This document shows, one piece after another, positions 27,146 through 32,000 of a stretch of 32,000 bases of DNA. The notes beneath the pieces are model-generated. The model was given only the letters and a program-made list of their open reading frames with translations, searched no databases and was not told where the DNA came from. A program made the translations under genes and the position numbers. The stretch is taken from the NCBI RefSeq assembly GCF_001306055.1, contig NZ_LGHJ01000019.1, forward strand, positions 227,986 through 259,985, written 5' to 3'. Numbering within the stretch: position 1 is the first letter of the stretch; each line of letters starts with the position of its first letter. The stretch comes from Bellilinea caldifistulae. GTDB lineage: Bacteria; Chloroflexota; Anaerolineae; Anaerolineales; Anaerolineaceae.

Positions 27146-27213
27146 AAATATGCGAGTAATCGAATTCGGGCTATCCGGAAGTAGCGAGCCAACCGGAACA
27201 AAAGTCAATAGCG

Positions 27214-27441
27214 CTAGTTACGATGGGTGCTGGGCGGCAGCGTAAAACCGCCAGCCACCCATGCCTCTAACTCCTCCTCGGAAACGCCCAGCAGTTCGCA
27301 CCAATTCAGCCCGACAAACTGAAACCATGTTCGAGCCTCGGTCACGCAGGCCGGGTTATCGCTCTCCAGATCCAGCACGGGATGGTAGATCATGGCCAGG
27401 GCCAGGTCTATATACGGGTCATGGATAATCACGTCATCCAT
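27214..27441 (-). CDS. small hypothetical protein (75 aa from ATG 27441)
   Basis: The ATG overlaps the upstream stop in ATGGATGA, which suggests translational coupling. No recognisable motif was found. Confidence 0.4.
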   Translation of the reverse strand: MDDVIIHDPYIDLALAMIYHPVLDLESDNPACVTEARTWFQFVGLNWCELLGVSEEELEAWVAGGFTLPPSTHRN

Positions 27442-28366
27442 CTTTGCTTTCCTCGGATTTCTCCGGAAGATAGATATGGATGACCTCCCCATCTGTAACC
27501 GCCGTCAATCGTTCTCTCAACTGTGGTATGGGCGAGCCGCTGATTTTCTCGGCCTCCACATCCTTATCCAGGAAGATCGACAGTGCCATAGCCAGCAGCT
27601 CTGGGTTGTAACCGGCCTCGATCCTGCCATCCGGCAGCCGGCGCCAGCAGCCGCCAATCGTGGGCATTTTACTGTCCGCGGGCAGGCGGATGACGATTTC
27701 ACAATTCAACCAGAGTGCTTCAGTCTCTTGTGACATTTGGCCATCAGTGACATGAGTGACATTATTTTCTTGCCCCAGCTCGTTCGGCAGTTGGATGTTA
27801 TAAACGGCTGCCCAGCGTGTCAGATCTGCGAGGGTGATCTGCCACATGCGCGTACCTTTGCCGGCTTCACACGCCTTGCGCAGCCTGAGTTTTCCCAGCA
27901 GCCGTCCCACCTTCCGTGAAGTTATTTTCTCCGGGTCGATATCGGCTTCGGTTTGCTCGGCGATGTGCTGGGCGGCTTCGCTGATCTGAGATGTCGTAAA
28001 TGTCCATCCGGCTGAATGGATGTCACTGTTGTCTTTAATGTCACTCTTTTCATCTGCCAGCTTACACAGCCCCTCCAGCACCAGTAAAAAGATGTCTCCC
28101 GATTGCTGGTCGGCGCTCTCCTCCTGCTGGTAGCGCCAGGACATCTCCTCCAATCGCTGCCAGAGGCCGCCTATTACCACCTGGTCCTGACCTTGATTGC
28201 GAACTGTGTAAGAGTGCTGCAATCGGTGCTGCTGATCAAGACTGTCCCACCAGGCGGCGACGGATAGGATCGCTTTCCACGGCTGAAGGTTGCGCCCACT
28301 CAAGCGGGCATTTTGGGCGACATGAGTTTCAAAATCATGCAGCAAGGGCAAATTTGCCAGACCCAC
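27434..28366 (-). CDS. hypothetical protein; probably the C-terminal half of the primase/helicase-like protein
   Basis: Its GTG start has no SD. The frame is open upstream into the preceding ORF and reachable by a +1 shift at the C6 run (28393-28398). Confidence 0.5.
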   Translation of the reverse strand: MGLANLPLLHDFETHVAQNARLSGRNLQPWKAILSVAAWWDSLDQQHRLQHSYTVRNQGQDQVVIGGLWQRLEEMSWRYQQEESADQQSGDIFLLVLEGLCKLADEKSDIKDNSDIHSAGWTFTTSQISEAAQHIAEQTEADIDPEKITSRKVGRLLGKLRLRKACEAGKGTRMWQITLADLTRWAAVYNIQLPNELGQENNVTHVTDGQMSQETEALWLNCEIVIRLPADSKMPTIGGCWRRLPDGRIEAGYNPELLAMALSIFLDKDVEAEKISGSPIPQLRERLTAVTDGEVIHIYLPEKSEESKDG

Positions 28367-28376
28367 GGCCCACAGA

Positions 28377-30092
28377 TCATCGACCAGTGCGCGGGGGGTC
28401 GTGTGGCCAGAAGGTGTGATCTAGGGGATCGAAATTGGCCTTGTCACGGTCGGCGGTGCGGATGAGGGGAATGACGATGGTGCGCGATGCCAGAACGGGA
28501 TCGGGTATGTTGATCCCGGAAAACAAGCGCGGGCTGTAGGCGTTCACGTGGCGCAGCTTCCATTTTCCAGGTCCGTCCGGTTCTTTCAATGGTATGGTCA
28601 AACCGCGCCGGTTGCCGGCCAGCAGCAATGCGCGTTTATCCGGGTCGGTCTTTTTCGGGTCAGCCAGGTTCTCGGCGTCGTCGAAAGCCAGGGTCGCGCT
28701 ATAATCCGCCAGGTCGCGCAGGCTGGCAAAGCTGCCGCCGGCCAGGATGAGCTGCCCTAGATAAGCCATTTCGGTCACCACGATTAGCAGGTTAGTCTTT
28801 CCTGATCCGGCTCCCCCGTTTGGCCAGAGAAACCCGATCACATTGAATGCATCCAGCAAGTTGGTTGCCATGATGAAGCAGGCAACCAGTTCCGCCATGG
28901 CCTGCTGGTCACCCAACGAATGGTCGAAATCCAGGAAGCGATTGACCACATCCACGACTTGCTGGAAGGTGTAGATCGGGTCGGGGATCTTGCCCTGAAC
29001 GAAGGCGCGTACGCCGCGCGTAGACCAGCGTTTCTCAATTGGGATGATTTCGGGGAGGATGGCTTTCATCCCCAGTTCACTCAGAGGGCGTGTGCTTTGG
29101 CCGTCGCTGACTTCAGTGAAAACACGCCGGTCGCTGCGAACGATAAACAAACAGGTCTTTTCTTCGACCAGGGGCGGGTTGTGGACGATCAGGTTGCCAT
29201 CCTTGTCCAACACTTCGCGCTGGGTGGTGCGCACCGGCAGCCAGGTCGCAGCGAATGCATATTTCCCAATCAGGCAGAGGGGACGCTTGATATTGGGCGA
29301 AGGTTCATCCAACAACTTGATGGTCGGCAGGGCAACATGGGGGATGGGGCGGGGGAATTGTGCCAGCACTTCCAGGTCCTTCAGATCATGCCCGCTGGCC
29401 AACCAGTCATCCACACCCCATTTGGCCCCGCTGGGATGGTTGGGTAGATAGATCGCCGAAACCGTGGCTCTCTTGCGCTGGAGGATTTCCGTTCGGCGTT
29501 CCATTGCCTGGCGCACCGAAGGTTTGTACATTACGTCCGAGTCGAAAACGATGCGCACCGAGCGGTTCTCCCAGGCAACGAAGTCGAAATCCGCCAGGAT
29601 GGTTGTCGCGCCAAATTCATTGCGTCCTTTGAAGTTCCAGACGCCGAGTAAATCAATGGTGCAAGCTCCTGCCGTGGTTAAAGAATCGGCTTTCTTCTGC
29701 CCCTCGGTGATGTACAGCGGAATGCTCGGATTTTTGAGCTTCTTCATGCAGGAGGATGGGCAGTCCACCCGCACACCGGTATCCTTGGGAATCTCGTACT
29801 TGAGGACCTTGACCGGTCGTAATCTGTCCGAATCACGTTTGCCGCGATTTTCATAGGTGCGTGGGTCGTCCGGACGGTAGACATGCAAGCCAACCTTGCC
29901 GTCCGTGGGGTGTAAGGGGATCAGCAGCCCGGGCACACGCCGCTGGGCGGGCGAAAAGCCATATTGAACCAGGTCGCCCTCGCTGGTAATCGTGCGGTAG
30001 CCACGCTCTCGAATCACCTGTTCCGAGATGCCCGATTCTTCGGTAAGCATCTTCAAGTGTTTGTCTGAAAGGGACAGGTCGGTGAGGCTCAT
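28377..30092 (-). CDS. Toprim-like (DUF3854-type) plus P-loop NTPase replication protein (primase/helicase-like)
   Basis: Toprim-like motifs are LYITEGQKKADS and VRIVFDSDV. Walker A is NGGAGSGKTNLL and Walker B is TLAFDDAE. AGGAG lies 8 nt upstream of the ATG. Confidence 0.7.
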   Translation of the reverse strand: MSLTDLSLSDKHLKMLTEESGISEQVIRERGYRTITSEGDLVQYGFSPAQRRVPGLLIPLHPTDGKVGLHVYRPDDPRTYENRGKRDSDRLRPVKVLKYEIPKDTGVRVDCPSSCMKKLKNPSIPLYITEGQKKADSLTTAGACTIDLLGVWNFKGRNEFGATTILADFDFVAWENRSVRIVFDSDVMYKPSVRQAMERRTEILQRKRATVSAIYLPNHPSGAKWGVDDWLASGHDLKDLEVLAQFPRPIPHVALPTIKLLDEPSPNIKRPLCLIGKYAFAATWLPVRTTQREVLDKDGNLIVHNPPLVEEKTCLFIVRSDRRVFTEVSDGQSTRPLSELGMKAILPEIIPIEKRWSTRGVRAFVQGKIPDPIYTFQQVVDVVNRFLDFDHSLGDQQAMAELVACFIMATNLLDAFNVIGFLWPNGGAGSGKTNLLIVVTEMAYLGQLILAGGSFASLRDLADYSATLAFDDAENLADPKKTDPDKRALLLAGNRRGLTIPLKEPDGPGKWKLRHVNAYSPRLFSGINIPDPVLASRTIVIPLIRTADRDKANFDPLDHTFWPHDPPRTGR

Positions 30093-30151
30093 ACTTTGGG
30101 CTCCTGGCTATTGGTGGTTTCTGCGTCTAAAACAGCTGTGTCTCCTGTGGT

Positions 30152-30340
30152 TCATACCTTGCGTTTCTTTGTGGAGGGTTGGTCCGATTTCTTGCCTGGC
30201 TCTCTCCCCCTGCACTGCGTGCGGGGGCCTTCGGGTTTCGTACCTGTAAATTGATCACTGAGGATGTATGCGTAGACGCGCACCAACAACCTCTCCTGCT
30301 CCTCCGGTGAAAGTTGGAGGGTTTCAGCAGGTTGAATCAT
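30152..30340 (-). CDS. small hypothetical protein with basic C-terminal tail
   Basis: ATG 30340 is preceded by AGGAG. The gene overlaps the end of the RHH ORF by 17 nt. No motif was found. Confidence 0.4.
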   Translation of the reverse strand: MIQPAETLQLSPEEQERLLVRVYAYILSDQFTGTKPEGPRTQCRGREPGKKSDQPSTKKRKV

Positions 30341-30527
30341 GGCGAACACAATTCTCCTGTGGTTCTGCGGATGGGCTTTCTGAGGGTAATAACATACCGC
30401 GCCGGATCAAGTCGAGGCGAACGATGAGTCTGGCCTGGTCCGCCGGCGTACGCAGTTCCTGCTCCGCCAGATGGATCAGGGCAGAGTATTAAGGCTGTTC
30501 TAAGAAGATTTTCAAACGGTTGAGCAT
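30324..30527 (-). pseudogene. ribbon-helix-helix (CopG/Arc-like) protein interrupted by in-frame TAA
   Basis: AAGGAG lies 6 nt upstream of ATG 30527. The ORF reads MLNRLKIFLEQP-TAA(30489-30491)-YSALIHLAEQELRTPADQARLIVRLDLIRRG..., which as a whole gives a beta-strand/helix/loop/helix RHH pattern. It is not in the ORF track. Confidence 0.6.
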
Positions 30528-30540
30528 AGATCTCCTTTCG

Positions 30541-30580
30541 GCAAAATAAAATGACGGCGTTATCGTTCAAGGCCGCCATT
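30541..30580 (-). terminator. stem-loop plus U-tract immediately 5' of the RHH Shine-Dalgarno (terminator or attenuator)
   Basis: The minus strand reads AATGGCGGC-13 nt-GCCGTCATT followed by TTATTTTG. The stem is 9 bp with one G-U pair. Confidence 0.3.
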
Positions 30581-30590
30581 CTGCCGCCAG

Positions 30591-30645
30591 GGATATCCCT
30601 TGCTCAAGTACCCGCAATATCCCTCTTTATCCCTTCCATATCCTT
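30591..30645. promoter_or_regulatory. operator-like repeats ATATCC(C)T x4, first copy within 12-bp palindrome AGGGATATCCCT
   Basis: Copies lie at 30593-30600, 30617-30624, 30628-30635 and 30638-30645 (plus-strand reading). Spacing is about 24, 11 and 10 nt. The repeats sit upstream of the RHH gene. Confidence 0.45.
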
Positions 30646-30708
30646 TTTTCGAAGGTTATTGGTTCAAGAGGGCTTCTTCTTGGAATCCTTGATGTAATTC
30701 GACTTTCC

Positions 30709-31326
30709 TTAGGGTACTACTTCAGCCCCATAATCTTTTCGCAGCTTATTGATCCGGTTGAGGACTGTTTTTCTCGAAAGGCTTACCCGAACCGCGATTT
30801 GCTCACAGGTCAGGCCTCTGTGCCAGTGGCGCAAGATCTCGCGGTTGGGTCCGACATTCGGAAGGGTCATCCAGATCTCCGCAGTTGGATTTGCTGGTTG
30901 AGATTGCGCTTCGGTACTGGTTACAGATTGTGGAGTAGTAGAAGCAGTGACTTCGGGGATTTCTGGCAAGGAAAACCAGCCCAACTTTTCCAGTTCGTCG
31001 CGGATCGCATCCCACAGGTCCCAGAGGGTTCTTTCACCAGTCATGCGAATTCGTAAAAGGGTCCCGTCTAGGGGTAGAACATGAGCGTGAATGGACAGGA
31101 GATTCCTTCCGATTGACAACTTTACTTCAATTGGGTTGGCATCCTGTGGAATGCTGCCAGCATCTTTGCGTCCGCCCGGAAGTAGAATTTGGCACGCTAG
31201 CCATTGGTAGTTTGCTTTGCTCCGTAAGGCCAGGGCGAATTGACGCAGCATGACCCCGAACTGCGCCGGCGTGCCTTTGATGGAGAAATCGAACTGCTCA
31301 TCGATTTTCTCTGAGCCGTTTCCCAC
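30709..31326 (-). CDS. LuxR/sigma-region-4-type HTH protein with unknown N-terminal domain
   Basis: The C-terminal segment is NREILRHWHRGLTCEQIAVRVSLSRKTVLNRINKLRK. A Pro/Thr/Ser/Gln-rich linker precedes it. The GTG start has a poor SD, and the frame stays open upstream to TAA 31423-31425. Confidence 0.55.
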   Translation of the reverse strand: MGNGSEKIDEQFDFSIKGTPAQFGVMLRQFALALRSKANYQWLACQILLPGGRKDAGSIPQDANPIEVKLSIGRNLLSIHAHVLPLDGTLLRIRMTGERTLWDLWDAIRDELEKLGWFSLPEIPEVTASTTPQSVTSTEAQSQPANPTAEIWMTLPNVGPNREILRHWHRGLTCEQIAVRVSLSRKTVLNRINKLRKDYGAEVVP

Positions 31327-31422
31327 AGCTCCAAAAGGCAGATCGTGATAACCAAAGATTTGTAATCTGCTGGAAAGCCAGACTTTGAATTCCTGCTGTC
31401 GCTGGACGCGCTTCTCATAAAG

Positions 31423-31764
31423 TTAATCAGAGAGAATGGCCCGGAAAACATCTTTCTGGCCATACAAATCGGCAAGTCGTCCTCTGAGGCCAAGGACCTC
31501 TACACTGAGCAGGTTTTCATACTTTGGAAGCTCATTCGGGGTGATGGGTTGTGGTGGGTCAAAACGTAACTCTGTTCGACCTGACGACTTTTCAAGACAG
31601 CTTATCTTCCCAATATCTCCCCATTTCTGACATTGGATTTCTAACATGTGGCCATCTGACAACGCACAAGAATATACTTCCTGTATGAAGATTGGTTGAA
31701 AGCAGGCCAGGACGGTTGACATCACACGCGAAGGATGTGCGTTTGTATAATGAACAGGCACCAT
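31423..31764 (-). CDS. hypothetical protein, possibly the N-terminal part of the HTH protein
   Basis: It is in the same frame as 30709-31326. An AT-rich upstream region carries a minus-strand TATAAT at 31816-31821. Confidence 0.4.
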   Translation of the reverse strand: MVPVHYTNAHPSRVMSTVLACFQPIFIQEVYSCALSDGHMLEIQCQKWGDIGKISCLEKSSGRTELRFDPPQPITPNELPKYENLLSVEVLGLRGRLADLYGQKDVFRAILSD

Positions 31765-32000
31765 AAACGAACGAATTTTATTTAACCTTTGATAAAAGAA
31801 TTACGATATCTCAATATTATAAGACAGAAAACACGAACGTTCTGAATTTCAGTTTTTCTATGTACCTAATTGGGATTACGCAACCTTTTTTCTGTAAATT
31901 CGAGTCAGAAATATCCATCGTTCTTTAACAATCAAATGACTTGCCAGAGCAATAATGTTTGCCGATCTGCCACTCTTCTGAGATCTCCATCAAGAGGGCT

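Larger units (their letters stand above)
24551..32000 (-). mobile_element. integrated element (serine-integrase type), left junction ~24551-24556, right end beyond window
   Basis: A co-directional minus-strand block encodes integrase, wHTH, Toprim/P-loop replication protein, RHH, LuxR-HTH and small ORFs. The block abuts the truncated arfB fragment. Confidence 0.7.

Noticed and set aside
30152-30175. The C-terminal ...STKKRKV resembles the SV40 nuclear localisation signal.
   Set aside because: A short basic tail in a bacterial MGE protein is more likely nucleic-acid binding or chance. There is no eukaryotic context.
30337-30579. An 80-aa ORF from the track.
   Set aside because: It has no SD and its sequence is not protein-like. 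The alternate frame with AAGGAG-ATG and an RHH pattern explains the region better.
31197-31493. A 98-aa ORF bridging the two HTH-protein ORFs in another frame.
   Set aside because: It overlaps both better-supported ORFs out of frame and is Ser/Arg-rich with low complexity.
31765-32000. I looked for the arfB 3' half or attR in the AT-rich end of the window, and noted a possible partial minus-strand ORF ending at TAA 31925-31927.
   Set aside because: None of the three + frames encodes anything like K-x-x-TAV-LRF. The partial ORF has only about 25 codons in the window, which is too little to support a call.

Overview
Calls rest on motif recognition only; no database search was possible. The window is a bacterial chromosomal segment with two parts.

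(1) Positions 1-24.4 kb are mostly housekeeping genes: hpt, pfk, a C-N hydrolase, a mevalonate-type decarboxylase, an RseP protease, a HEAT-repeat protein, an MA-type metallopeptidase, acylphosphatase, a PlsC-type acyltransferase coupled to an MFS transporter, deoxynucleoside kinase, GrpB, an RRM RNA-binding protein and a PH-domain protein. This part also holds a compact PUFA-synthase-like secondary-lipid locus at 2.36-13.4 kb. It consists of a PfaD-type enoyl reductase, an Sfp-type PPTase and one 2851-aa megasynthase with the order KS-AT-KS-ACPx3-KR-DH. The megasynthase has two oddities. A second, divergent but catalytically intact KS sits where PfaA proteins have none. All three tandem carrier domains carry Thr at the canonical phosphopantetheine-attachment Ser. 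No CLF, FabA-type DH or thioesterase is visible.

(2) From about 24.55 kb to beyond the window end lies an integrated mobile element, with every gene on the minus strand. It encodes a large serine recombinase, a membrane/wHTH protein, a Toprim plus P-loop primase-helicase-like protein, an RHH protein, a LuxR-type HTH protein and small ORFs. The element appears inserted into an arfB (GGQ peptidyl-tRNA hydrolase) gene, whose first 31 codons survive at 24463-24555. The element ORFs are interrupted by three in-frame TAA codons and one +1 frameshift at a C6 run. This means either decay of a cryptic element or recoding.

No rRNA, tRNA or CRISPR array was seen.
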